From contig CAVOID010000007.1 of assembly GCA_963695875.1 (NCBI GenBank), positions 64,001-128,000 on the forward strand: 64,000 nucleotides of DNA, in the 5' to 3' direction. Each line of letters starts with the position of its first letter. Position 1 is the stretch's first letter. The notes beneath the pieces were generated by a model. That model saw nothing but the letters and a program-made list of their open reading frames with translations, made no database searches and was not told where the DNA came from. This document shows positions 40,984 through 52,561 of the stretch, piece after piece. The stretch comes from an uncultured delta proteobacterium. GTDB taxonomy: Bacteria > Desulfobacterota > Syntrophia > Syntrophales > UBA2185. Position numbers and translations under genes: made by a program.

Positions 40984-41505
40984 TTAAGTCAGTTCTTTCG
41001 AGAACACCAGCTTATCATCACCGACTCGGTAAAAATTTTTGATACGCGCCGCCAGGTGGTAGCCGTTCTTCTCGTAAAAACGAATGGTGTCGCTATAAGT
41101 TTCCTGCGATGACGTCTCGATGAGGAGCATGCGCCCACCCCGTTTTGTTACATCACGCTCAACATACTCAAGCAAATACCGTCCATGTCCCTTCCTCTGT
41201 GCTGCCGGATCGACTACAATCCAGTATAAATCATACACTCCCTGCGTGAGGGGAGTTGGACCATAACAGGCAAACCCATGTAACACAGGATGCTCTTTCC
41301 CGTATTCAAGCACAACAAAGATATAGTCACTCTCATCTCCCTCTTTCAGGGCGTCATCAGCCAGTTCCAGTGCGGTCTCTATCTCGACGTCGTTGAATTT
41401 ACCTGATGAAACAACCATCTCTTCGATTCGGGATCGATCGCGCGGTTCCAGCTGACGGATATGTTCCTTTCGATTCATCTGGTTTTCTTTCGTATACTGT
41501 TGCAT
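40984..41505 (-). CDS. GNAT N-acetyltransferase
   Basis: CYGPTPLT...DLYWIVV...QRKGHG...FYEKNGY. Confidence 0.9.
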   Translation of the reverse strand: MQQYTKENQMNRKEHIRQLEPRDRSRIEEMVVSSGKFNDVEIETALELADDALKEGDESDYIFVVLEYGKEHPVLHGFACYGPTPLTQGVYDLYWIVVDPAAQRKGHGRYLLEYVERDVTKRGGRMLLIETSSQETYSDTIRFYEKNGYHLAARIKNFYRVGDDKLVFSKELT

Positions 41506-41707
41506 GCGGCTCTAGTCCTTGCGCTTATCCTCTTTTTTCACGCCCAATTTTGTTTCGAGTAAGTTTATAGCATGCAAAATTATATAAGCCTCATCTTTTG
41601 TCTGTATGTCAATTCAAGTTAAAAGAAATACCTACTAATGTTGAAGGTCGTTAGTCGATGAGTACTGCAGATAATTGGCAGAAATATATAATCGGCCGTA
41701 AACTGGC

Positions 41708-42277
41708 TCACTTCTTTTTTGCGAGCCCAGGATATAGTTTATCCTTACATTCCGGACAAATACTGTGGCTAAATTCCGCATCTGTATTATCAATAATGAA
41801 GAGCTCTATCTGCTTCCAGTCACCAGTATCGTCACGAATTTTTTTGCAGGAAGAACAAATGGGTAACAGGCCACTTAATGTTTTTATCTCATCAAGTGCC
41901 TTCTGAAGCTGGACTATAAGTAATTTGTTATTATCCGAAATAATTTTCTCCTCAGATATCAAGTAAACAACGACTATGAAAAAGCCAAAATGGACAAAAA
42001 TATTCCAAGATTCAATCAAATAATTTTGAATAACTTTTCCAGCAAAAAGATTTGCAGTCATTATCGTTGCCGTGCTGATAACCGACATAATAATTCCGGT
42101 ATTTCTGTTGATAATCCAAGTTATAAGACTAATAGGTATTAAATAAAAGACTTCAATTCCTATTTGGTAACCTGTTAAATAATCTATAACACCTATAATC
42201 AAATTCAACAGAAGACCAATAACCCAAATAAATGATCGTGGCTTCTTTAAAAGATAGTCAATGAAATACATATTCAC
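41708..42277 (-). CDS. 4-TM protein with C-terminal Cys/His tail
   Basis: Four TM segments then LSGLLPICSSCKKIRDD...FSHSICPEC. Confidence 0.8.
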   Translation of the reverse strand: MNMYFIDYLLKKPRSFIWVIGLLLNLIIGVIDYLTGYQIGIEVFYLIPISLITWIINRNTGIIMSVISTATIMTANLFAGKVIQNYLIESWNIFVHFGFFIVVVYLISEEKIISDNNKLLIVQLQKALDEIKTLSGLLPICSSCKKIRDDTGDWKQIELFIIDNTDAEFSHSICPECKDKLYPGLAKKK

Positions 42278-42528
42278 TGTTTCATTATTGCAGGTTATTA
42301 CGAATTACTACTAATAATTTCGCACACATTCCTAAATTCTTCAAATGAAGAGTTCAGGAGGTACGTGATTGGGACTGGGCCAGCGTGATCTCTTAAGAAG
42401 TGCAGCATGCGCACCTGTGCGGCATGTGAAGATTATGAAGAATCTTTTATCAATTCGGGTTTCGCCATGGACTGCCTTTTTCAAACATCAGCTCTTTATT
42501 TTTTTGCTTTCCGGAGCCTGATCCGCTA

Positions 42529-44865
42529 TCAAGAATTCATGGCAATAAGACGTCTTCCTTCCGCCGAAAGGGCCGCTTCAATATATTCAAAACCCGTAAG
42601 ACAATTCCGGCGTTCAACCACTATGACTTTTATTTGCGAGTTCTGCAGAAGCTTCATCAACTTCGGGAGATGGCGAGAACCAATCTCTGTGACAGTTGTT
42701 CCGACTTTAATGTCGTGCAGGTTAGCATATCGCACGGCCTTGGCCATCTGACGGCTTAAATCGGCTCTTTGATCTTCCAATGGCACTCTTGCATAGATGA
42801 CGGCATTCTCACTTTCCTCACTGACCTTCGATGCTGTTTCCGCTCTGGCCTTGGCTTCAGCTTCTGCCTCTTCTCTTGCCTTCAACGCGGCGGCCAGCCG
42901 CTCAATTTCTTCCGCTTTAGCTCTGGCTTCTGTCTCCGCCTTGAACCTGGCTTCCTCTTCCGCCCTGAGCCTTGCCTCCACCTCCGCCTTAGCTATCGCT
43001 TCTTCCTTTGCTCTCCTTTCAGTCTCCTCCCTTGCTTTCGCCTCTTCTGTCAATCGTGCTTCTATCCGAGCCCTCACTTTAGCGTCAGCTTCTTCTCTCA
43101 CCTTCAACTCGGCCATCAGCCATTCGACTTCTTCCGCCTTTAGACTGAGTTCTGACTCCGTTCTGGCCTTCGCTTCAGTTTCTGCTTCGTCTCTCACTTT
43201 CAACTCGGCCGCCAATCGGGCCACCTCACCCGCTTTAGCACTAGCTTCTATCTCTGCCTTGAGCCTGGCTTCCTCTTCCGCCCTGAGCCTAATTTCTGCC
43301 TCTAACCTGGTTCTTGCTTCTTCCTTTGCTCTCCTTTCCGCTTCTTCCCTTGTCCTCGTCTCTTCTGTCAATCGTGCTTCTATCCCAGCCCTCACATTAG
43401 CTTCTGCTTCTTCTCTTGCTTTAAACTCGGACACCAGCCGCTCGATTTCTTCCGTTTTAGTCCTGGATTCTATCTCTGCCTTGAGCCCTGGCTTTCGCTT
43501 CCTCCCTTGCCCTCGTCTCTTCTGTCAATCGTGCTTCTACCCCAGCCCTCACTTTAGTTTCCGCTTCTTCTCTTGCTTTAAGCTCGGCCGCCAGCCGCTC
43601 GACTTTTTCCGCTTTATCCCTGGCTTCCATTTCAGCATTAAGCCTGGTTATCTCTTCCGCCCTGAGCCTGATTTCTGCCTCTTCTCTTGCCTTCAACTCG
43701 GCCGCCAATCGGGCCACCACGTCCGCTTTAGCACTGTCCTCCATCTTTGTTCTGAGTCCGTCTTCCACTTCCGCCCTGAGCCTAGCCTCCGCCTCCGCCC
43801 TGGCTTTCGCTTCCTCCGTTGCTCTTCTTTCAGCCTGCTCCCTTGCGCTCGTTTCTTCTGCCAGCCGTGCCTCTACTTCAGCCCTTACTTTAGCTTCCGC
43901 TTCTTCCCTTGCCTTCAACTCGGCCACCAGCCGTTCGACTTCTCCCGCTTTAGTCCATGCTTCTATCTCTGCATTAAGCCTGGTTATTTCTTCCGCCTTT
44001 AGCCTAATTTCTGTTTCTTCTTTTGCCTTCAGCTCGTCTGCCAACCGTGCTTCTACTTCAGCCCTAACTTTAGCTTCCGCTTCTTCTCTTGCCTTCAACT
44101 CGGCTACCAGGCGTTCGACTTCTTCCGTCTTAGTTCTGGCCTCTGTCTCTGTCTGAGCCTGGCTATCGCTTCCTCCCTTGCTTTAGTCTCTTCTGCCAAC
44201 CGCACTTCTACTTCAGCCCTTAATTTAGCTTCCACCTCTTCTCTTGTCTTCAACACGGCTGCCAATCGGGCTACCTCGCCCGCTTTAGCACTGGCCTCCA
44301 TCTTTGTTCTGAGTCCGGCTACCTTTTCCGCCCGTGCTCTCCTTTCCGCTTCCTCCCTTGCTTTAGTCTCCTCTGCCAACCGCACTTCTACTTCAGCCCT
44401 TACTTTAGCTTCCGCTTCTCCTCTTGCCTTAAACTCGGACACCAGCCGCTCGATTTCTTCCGTTTTGGTCCTGGCTTCTATCTCTGCATTAAGCCTGGCT
44501 TCCTCTTCCGCCTTGAGCCTAATTTCTGCCTTCGCTCTAGCCTTCGCTTCCTCCGTTGCTCTCCTTTCCGCTTCCTTCCTTGCTCTCGCCTCTTCTGCCA
44601 ATCGTGCTTCTACTTCAGTCCTCACTTTAGCTTCTGCTTCTTCTCTTGCTTTAAATTCGGACATCAGCCGTTCGACTTCTTCCACCTTGGTTCTGGCTTC
44701 CATCTCTGCCGTGAGCCTGGCTTCCTTTGCTGCCCATGTCTTTTTGCTCGTGACTACTTCTGTCTTTTCGTATTGAGCCGATTCAGAAATTATAACATTT
44801 AGTTCATCCAAGAGCATTCTATCACTTAGTGGGAGCCAGTTATTGCATGTATCCGTTTTTAACAT
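42529..44865 (-). CDS. Long Glu/Ala/Arg/Lys repeat helical protein with C-terminal degenerate IS607-type serine recombinase domain (two frameshifts)
   Basis: Three consecutive ORFs share the ERLxxExKAREEAE repeat; the last ends AVIYARVPLEDQRADLSRQ...VIVVERR...IEAALSAEGRRLI. Confidence 0.75.
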
Positions 44866-44935
44866 ATATTTCCCTTCTTTAATTCAGCTTTTAACCCTTT
44901 AATCATACAGGTTATGACTTTACATAGGTTAACAG

Positions 44936-44972
44936 TATAAAAAACCCCGCACTCTTCTGAGAAACGGGGTTT
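44936..44972 (-). terminator. Rho-independent terminator or attenuator
   Basis: Minus strand AAACCCCG...CGGGGTTT followed by a T-run. Confidence 0.65.
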
Positions 44973-45228
44973 AACTAATTAATCCATAGCACCCTCATGC
45001 GGGGTTAATAATTAAAAAATATAATCTGTTGAAAACGTATTTTTATTATCACGCTTTCTCGATGAAATCTACTATAAAAGAAAAATCACGGTAGCAATAA
45101 TTACAGGAAACACTAAAAAAGACTTTCTCGATCAATTGCCCGGAATGAGCTGATGGTGCTACTTTAGCCCAATCGACAGTGACGGATAAGCTTCGCGAAG
45201 TTCATGGAGCTAATCCCGGAAAATGTAA

Positions 45229-45886
45229 TTATTTTTGTGAAAAGACGACATCCTCCGTCAATTGGTTCCCGGAATACAAACCCATCCTGTAAATATAATC
45301 CATGACAACTTTTGGGACCATATTGTCTATTGATTGATCTGTTTTTATCCTATGCCGTATGTCCGTGGAAGAGATAGATAGCGCCGGTTCTTCAATGATG
45401 GTTACATATGGCCGGAAATCATCGGGAATTCTTTCTTCTATCTCCTTTCTCTGATAGCCCGGTCTAGTGGCAGCAATAAAATTACAGAGGCCGGGATATG
45501 TTTTCGATTTATCCCAGTTAATGATTGTCAATACGGCATCTAACCCGGTTATGAAATAAATTTCACTGTCTTTGCCATACATTTCTTTAAATGCGCTGAT
45601 AGTGTCACCGGCATAAGTCGGGCAGTTACATCCCATCTCGATTTTCGACGCTTCAAAGTAAGAATTTCCCGCAATCGCTGCACTGACCATAGCAAAACGA
45701 TGCTCTGCTGCTGTTATGTCATTCATTGATTTATGGGGAGGACAGTAGGCAGGGACAAAGACAACCTTCTCCAGGTCAAATTTCGATCTGACAAATTCGG
45801 CTACTGCAAGATGACCGAAATGAATGGGATCAAAGGTGCCTCCCATGATGCCGAGCTTGCGATATATTTTTTTTCTCCAGTTCCAT
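45229..45886 (-). CDS. nadD: Nicotinate-nucleotide adenylyltransferase
   Basis: GGTFDPIHFGH, ISSTDIR; ATG at 45886 joins after a 1-nt correction in the homopolymer near 45870. Confidence 0.92.
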
Positions 45887-46949
45887 CACAGCCTCAGATC
45901 AGACAGATCCACCTTGTCAATACTATCCGGCTGCCATCTTGGTTGATTGTCCTTGTCGATAAGGCGGGCCCGAATGCCCTCACGAAAGTCCGGATGCCTG
46001 ATGATAAACTGCATGGCCATGAAGTCTGCCTCATAAACCTTATTCATGGGAAGATGTTCATTATGACGCAACAGCTTCAAGGTTAAGGCCAACGCTGTCG
46101 GAGACCTTTCTGAAAGTCCCGATGTGATGCCATCACAGGGTGAAAGCAGGATAGGCACACATGAAGAGAATCGATGATCTCCTGCAAGGATGTTTGTCCC
46201 GCAAAATATTTCTTCACCCATATATCTATATCCGGTTTTGGTACGATATTTCTATCAAAATAGAATTTGATTCTCCTCATCAGCCGGGGCAATATCTCTT
46301 TGGAGCTTGAAATTTCCTTTGTCTTGAATGTCTCGATAGCTTGTATCAGGTCATTAACCTTTTTCGAATGTGTCAAATGCGTAGCGAAACCCACACGGAC
46401 ACACTCGCTTCCCTTCATCTCAAAACTTGTGAGTCCCAGATATTCCGGATAGCCCGGCGGACATTTGCTGTACATCCATCCCGTTGCACCCACATCGGGA
46501 AAGAATCCTATCCTCGTTTCCGGCATGGCCATGCGGGTTCTTTCTGTTGCAACCACCCAGTCGGCGCCTGATGCAATGCCAAGCCCGCCGCCCATTGTAA
46601 TGCCGTCGGCGATTACAATCACCGGTTTGGGGAATTGATGAATCACCAGATCAAGGGTGTATTCCTCCAGAAAAAACTGATTTATCTCCTCCATGTTGTC
46701 GTTCTGAATACACCAGGCTACACGCTTTATATCACCGCCGGCGCAGAATGCCATCTCACCCAGACCGTAAAAAAGAATCAACTTGCATTCATCATCCGTG
46801 AGTGCCTCATTCAAATACCTGGTAATAAGGCGGATCATTTCAAGGTTGAGACTGTTCAATGCCTCTTTTCGATTTAGAATAATCGACATACCTGCGCTTG
46901 TACGACGCATTATTACAGAGGACTTTTCTGAGTCATGGTTATTCGTCAT
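45886..46949 (-). CDS. Enoyl-CoA hydratase / 3-hydroxyisobutyryl-CoA hydrolase family (frameshift ~46150)
   Basis: AFCAGGDI, GITMGGG, MPETRIGFFPDVG, DFREGIRARLIDKD. Confidence 0.88.
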
Positions 46950-47130
46950 TATGATCCGGATTTTTAAATTAAAAAATTTATTCCAATGTATATACTCTAA
47001 ATTTCATTCTGATCGCAAACTTTTCTTTAATAATAAGTTTAAAAATCTATCTCTTGCTTTGCAAAAAAGTCTTGTAATTCCATGAAAAAATCCTTACTCT
47101 AATAGAAAAGAACGGGAAAGGGGAATTGCC

Positions 47131-48437
47131 ATGGAAACACAACTTGATCCCAAACTTCCGCTTTTGCAGAATGCCGACGTGGAGAATAAAATAGTCCTTT
47201 TGCGCGTTGACCATAATGTGGTCAAGAAAGGAGCCATCGAAGACCCGTTCAGAATAGATCAAACCATTGGAACTATCTTCAATATCGTTGAAAGGGGCGG
47301 CAGACCGATCATTATGACGCATATCGGAAGGCCGCGAGACAAGACAGGCAAAATTAAAGTAGACAAATCGACCTCGGTTGAACCCATTGCGGAATATCTG
47401 GAGCGTAAGCTTCATACAAAGATCTACTGTCCCACATTCAGGCCGGAAGGTGATGAAGGAATAAAAAGCGTCGACACCTCGATAAATCTTGCCGTAAAGA
47501 ATCTGAAAGAAAAAAGGATCGGCGCCATATACCTCCCGAATACGAGATGGTTCACGGGAGAAGAATCGAAAACGGAGTACAGCGACTGACTTTGGCACGC
47601 CAATTGGCAGGCCTGGCCGATGTCTTCGTTAACGATGCGTTCGGCTCCTGGCAGCCGCATGTCTCCACCTATCACATCACGAAGTATCTCCCGTCGTTTG
47701 CGGGATATCTCATGCAAAAGGAAATACAGAATCTTTCGCAGGTTCTGCAACCCGAAAGGCCGTTCATCTCTGTCGTGGCAGGCGCAAAGTACAATACGAA
47801 GATCGGACCTCTCAATGAAATCTATAAGAAAGTGGATAAATTGATCCTCGGCGGGATCATTTACAATACCTACCTGTGTGCAAAATATGATGTCTCAATC
47901 AGCGGTATCGAACAGGAAGATATCGAAGCCGCCGGTAATCTTGTCGAGATGGACAAGGAACAGCACAAGATACTGGAACTTCCATATGTGTATGAATCGG
48001 ATACCATGGAAGGGAAGATTGAGGGAAAATACAGGATCAGGTCGATAAAGGAATTCAAAAAAGGCGCGAAACTTCCTTATATTCTGGATATTGCAAAAGA
48101 ATCGTTCGAAGATCCGGAGATATCGGAAGCTCTGAACTCGGCAAGAACCATTTTTGTTAATGCCGTCATGGGATATACGCCGTATTTTACCGAAGGCTCT
48201 GCGGCCCTGGACAGCAAAATCGATCAGAATGCAGCGGCAAATAAGCTCTATGGAGGCGGGGATACGCTTCAGGAATTTAAAAATCTGTGCCCCGGTCTTT
48301 ATCTATCGACACTTGATAATTCGAAATACTATTTCTTCACGGGCGGCGGTACGGTGTTAAAGGCCATTGAGGAAGGTACACCATACGGTCTTGAGGCGGT
48401 GAAAGCGCTCATCGATAACGGCGGAAAATCTCCGTAA
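47131..48437 (+). CDS. pgk: Phosphoglycerate kinase (frameshift ~47570)
   Basis: LRVDHNV, THIGRP, FVNDAFG, GGGDT, TGGG. Confidence 0.88.
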
Positions 48438-48564
48438 AATTTACAGGACTAATTCCAATCCCCTCTTGCATGTCTGTGGTTGTTTCCAATTTCCCACCGA
48501 TCAAGGCGGGAGAGGATGCGGCGATTCCTGGATAATATTAATTAATGTTAGAAAGGGCCATAAA

Positions 48565-49756
48565 ATGAAATTACAGATTAAAAGTAACGTATCGTGGGTC
48601 GGCAAGGTTGATTGGGAACTCAGGAAATTTCACGGGAATGAATTGTCAACGCACCGGGGATCAACCTATAATTCATACTTGATAGAAGAAGAAAAGATTG
48701 CTTTGATTGACACGGCCTGGGCTCCCTTTGCCAAAGAGTACGTATCAAACCTCGGAAATGTCATAGACTTAAAGAAGATCGACTATATCATTGCCAACCA
48801 CGCGGAGATTGATCACAGCGGTGCCCTGCCTGAACTGATGAGCTGCATTCCTGATACAGCCGATATACTGCACGGCAAATGGCATCAAGTCCCTTAAAGG
48901 CCACTACCATCAGGATTGGAATTTCCACGCAATAAGAACAGGGGAGCGTCTGAGCTTGGGGAAAAAGGAATTGATTTTTATAGAAGCGCCGATGCTGCAC
49001 TGGCCGGACAGCATGTTCTGTTATTTAACGGGCGATAATATTTTATTCAGCAATGATGCCTTCGGCCAGCATTACGCATCCGAGTTTCGATTCAATGACC
49101 TCGTTGACCAGGAGGAATTAATGGCGGAAGCCATAAAGTATTATGCCAACATCCTGACGCCTTTCAGCCGATTTGTGGACAAAAAGATCAAGGAGGTTTT
49201 ATCCTTCAAGCTGCCTGTTGACATTATTTGCACAAGCCACGGCGTTATCTGGCGGGATAATCCGGTGCAGATTATTGAGCAGTATTTGAAATGGGCAAAC
49301 AAATACAAGGAAAACCAGATCACCATCGTTTACGATACCATGTGGAACGGCACCCGTATCATGGCTGAAAATATCGCCTCCGGGATAAAGCAGGCTGATC
49401 AGAAGGTAAACGTAAAGCTGTATAATATTGCCAAATCGGACAAGAATGACGTGATTACGGAGATTTTCAAATCCAAGGCCATCCTTGTCGGCTCGCCGAC
49501 CATCAACAGGGGCATTCTGACTGCTGTTGCCGGCCTTCTGGAAGAAATAAAAGGCATGAAATTCCAGGACAAAAAGGCGGCTGCTTTTGGCTGCTACGGC
49601 TGGAGCGGCGAGTCCGTAAAGGTCATTTCACAGAACCTTGAATCTGCAGGCTTCCAAGTGGTTGACGGAGGTGTGATGAGCCTGTGGAATCCGGATGGCA
49701 AGAGCATTGAGGCCTGCATTGAATATGGTAAGAAGGCGGCCGGACTTTTTATGTAA
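48565..49756 (+). CDS. fprA: Flavodiiron protein (FprA/NorV-like; frameshift ~48860)
   Basis: [23 protein letters not shown], flavodoxin FGCYGWSG. Confidence 0.88.
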
Positions 49757-49812
49757 TTGATCTGATGCCGGCGTTTAATTGATTGGTCTTGAGAATGGGA
49801 AAGAAGTGATCA

Positions 49813-49843
49813 TCCGGGAGGCGGGAGGTTCAACCTCCCGGTT
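49813..49843. terminator. Hairpin between convergent fprA and zraP-like genes
   Basis: CGGGAGGTT-C-AACCTCCCG. Confidence 0.6.
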
Positions 49844-49863
49844 GATCGTTTGAAAGGGATTGT

Positions 49864-50417
49864 TTACTCGTTGCCGCCACCCGGGTTCATTCCTGGGCCA
49901 GCACCCGGGCCCATTCCCGGGCCACCACCATGATGGCCTGGGCCGTCATGCCATCCACGACCACCACCCATGCCAGGACCGAAGCCATGCCTCATTTTTA
50001 AAGACTTTAACTTTTCCCGCTGTTCCGGCGTCAGGACATTGAGGACGTCCAGTCGATAACTGGTCATTTTATCCTGCATCTGATCTCGCAGTGTTCCTGA
50101 TTTCTTTCTGCGCCGCAATGATCTTATCCTTGTCCGGATTCGTCTGTAACCAGAGTAACTTTAAATCGCCCCGTCTTGCTGAACATCTTATCCTGAAGGG
50201 GTTTTATGTCTTTCAGATGGGCCTCACGAAGGGCATTGATTTTAGCCGTCTGTTCGGCAGTCAGGTTAAGTTCGGACAGGGCTGTTATCTCACCACCGTA
50301 ACAGGGTCCGCCGCCGTGCCCTCTTCCCCAACCGGGACCGAAGGCGAATGCGGAAGCCGCAAAAGCTGTCACAGCAATCACTGTGACTAATGTCATAATC
50401 AATTTCTTCATTTTCAT
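49864..50417 (-). CDS. ZraP/Spy/CpxP-family periplasmic protein (frameshift ~50170)
   Basis: Signal peptide, LNLTAEQ and VLTPEQ motifs, Gly/His-rich termini. Confidence 0.82.
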
Positions 50418-50458
50418 ATCCTCCTTTAAATATTATTTGTTTTTGATATCAGTAGAGA

Positions 50459-50473
50459 GCAAGCAATGTGCCA
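50459..50473 (-). promoter_or_regulatory. Sigma-54 (-24/-12) promoter of the zraP-like gene
   Basis: Minus strand TGGCACATTGCTTGC = TGGCAC-N5-TTGC. Confidence 0.85.
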
Positions 50474-50626
50474 CATAATCGGTATGTTATGTAACATATT
50501 TATATTGCTAGCTTCTTTGCAAATCATTTGCACTTTTTAGTCGCTCTTAAATCTACCACATGAAAAAATATGGATAATAAGTATCCAGTTGTGGTATCCA
50601 GTTGACTAAAAAGTATCCAGGTAAGC

Positions 50627-52410
50627 ATGATGAATAACAAGAAATCAGAGGCAGCAGAAAGTTCTGGGCCGGTATCTCTCCATGGGTAATCATCGGGGCA
50701 GTGGTAATCATTGTGCCGATCTTTACTGCGATGACTATCGAAAGTATAAACAAACAGAAGGAATACACCATACAACTTTTGGTTGAGAAAGGGAGCGGCA
50801 CTGATCAGGTCTTTTGAAGCAGGCGCCCGAACGGGCATCGGAATGCGATGGAGCAGTTTTCAGCTCCAGAAACTATTGATCGAAACGGCACAACAGCCGG
50901 ACATCGATCATCTGATTGTCACCGATATCAATGGTACAATCGTGGCTGATAGTGACCCCTCGCTGATAGGGGAAACATACGGAACGGATCTTGATCTTAC
51001 ACGCATAGCCGCGTCGAAAAAAGTGGAATGGCGTCAGGTCCCCAATACTGAAGGCGCCGATACATTTGAAGTATATCGCCAGTTTTCCCCTACAGAGAAG
51101 CCTTTTCAGGGATTTCGCGGCGGCTCAAAGTCAGATAACCAGCCATCATCATCGGCTAATGATAAATCCGCCGGAGAATCATCAGGATTTATTATTTTTG
51201 TCGGCATGGATATGGGCCCGATCATGGCGGCAAGAGAACAGGATACAGGGCACACAATCTGGATGTCCGTCATCTTTGTTCTGATCGGCATGCTCAGGTG
51301 TCATTTCCCTCTTTCTTGCCCAGGGTTACCGCTCAGCAAAGATCTCTCTCTCGAGGATTAAGGCCTTCTCGGACAGTTTGGTCGAAAACATGCCCATCGG
51401 TCTTGTTGCCATAAATGATCGGGGAGAGATCATCTCATTTAACCAGACTGCTGAATCCGTCCTGGGATATGCCTATCAGGATGTTCTCGGGAAAAAGGGC
51501 GGATGAGATACTGCCCGCAGCCGTGCAAGGATGATACTGGGAAGCCTTAAAGACGAAAAAAAAATCATCGAAAAGGAAATAGACTGCCCGGTACACGGCG
51601 GCAGAATAGTTCCTCTGGAGGTAATTGCGGCAGACCTTGGAAGAGGATGATGGTGATTTTCTTGGTTATGTAATCCTTTTCCGGGATATTACTGAGGTTC
51701 AACACCTAAAAAAAGAAATGGAGAGGAGCCAGCGCCTTGCATCCCTCGGAGGTCTTGCGGCAGGGATTGCCCACGAAATCAGGAATCCTCTTGAGTTCCA
51801 TCAAGGGCTTCGCCACCTTTTTCAAGGAACGCTACCGGGATAATCCGGAGGATCGGAAGACTGCTGAAATCATGGTGCAGGAGGTGGAGAGACTCAATCG
51901 GGTTATCGGCCAGCTTCTTGAATTTGCGAGGCCGATGGAGATGAACAGGCAGCGGACTTCCATCAACGAGGTGATACGGCACACCCTGAAGATGATCGAA
52001 GGCGAAACGCGGGAGAGAAAAGATCGACATCCGCACGGATCTCTCCCAAGATATCGGGGATGTCCTGATGGATGCGGATAAGATTAAACAGGTACTCCTG
52101 AATCTGTACCTCAATTCCATCGGAGCCATGGAAAGCGGCGGTACACTTTCAATAGCTCGTCTTTCCGCCAGGGCAACCGCATGATCAGGATTGATGTCTC
52201 CGATACGGGAAAGGGAATTGAAGAAAGAGATCTGGCCCACATCTTTGATCCGTACTTCACGACCAAACCGTCGGGGACCGGCCTTGGACTGGCCATCGTC
52301 TACCGGATCATTGAAGCCCATGATGGTGAGATCAGGGTAAAGAGTAAGCCTGGAAAGGGACCACAGTATCGGTCTTCCTGCCGGTGGGCCATACATCTTT
52401 TACTTCTTGA
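50627..52410 (+). CDS. zraS: ZraS/HydH-like sensor histidine kinase (multiple frameshifts)
   Basis: [42 protein letters not shown] spread across shifted frames. Confidence 0.78.
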
Positions 52411-52414
52411 ACAC

Positions 52415-52533
52415 CTGTCCATTAAGTCTCCCTTTTACAAAGGGAGATTCAGAGGGATTTTTGATGATATAAAACCACCCCCTAACCCCCGCCAGCGGGG
52501 GACAGCCTCCTTGCCCCCTTTAGAAAAGAGGGT
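52415..52533. repeat. REP-like composite palindrome
   Basis: TCTCCCTTT-TAC-AAAGGGAGA, CCCCCGC-CA-GCGGGGG and CCCCCTTTAGAAAAGAGGG hairpins. Confidence 0.55.
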
Positions 52534-52561
52534 GAGTAAATCTCATGGAAGGTTACAAAGT

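Noticed and set aside
42800..44750. Repeats as a possible CRISPR array
   Set aside because: Repeats are degenerate, codon-phased and lack unique spacers; no cas genes in the window
42769..44776. Long plus-strand Ser/Ala/Leu- or Phe-rich ORFs
   Set aside because: Antisense shadows of the low-complexity Glu/Ala/Arg/Lys repeat gene
47575..47592. TGA in pgk as selenocysteine
   Set aside because: The protein continues in a different frame, so this is a frameshift and not readthrough
52181..52561. Apparent HATPase-ZraR fusion in the ORF track
   Set aside because: Artefact of a frameshift at the kinase 3' end reading through the intergenic repeat; ZraR starts at 52562
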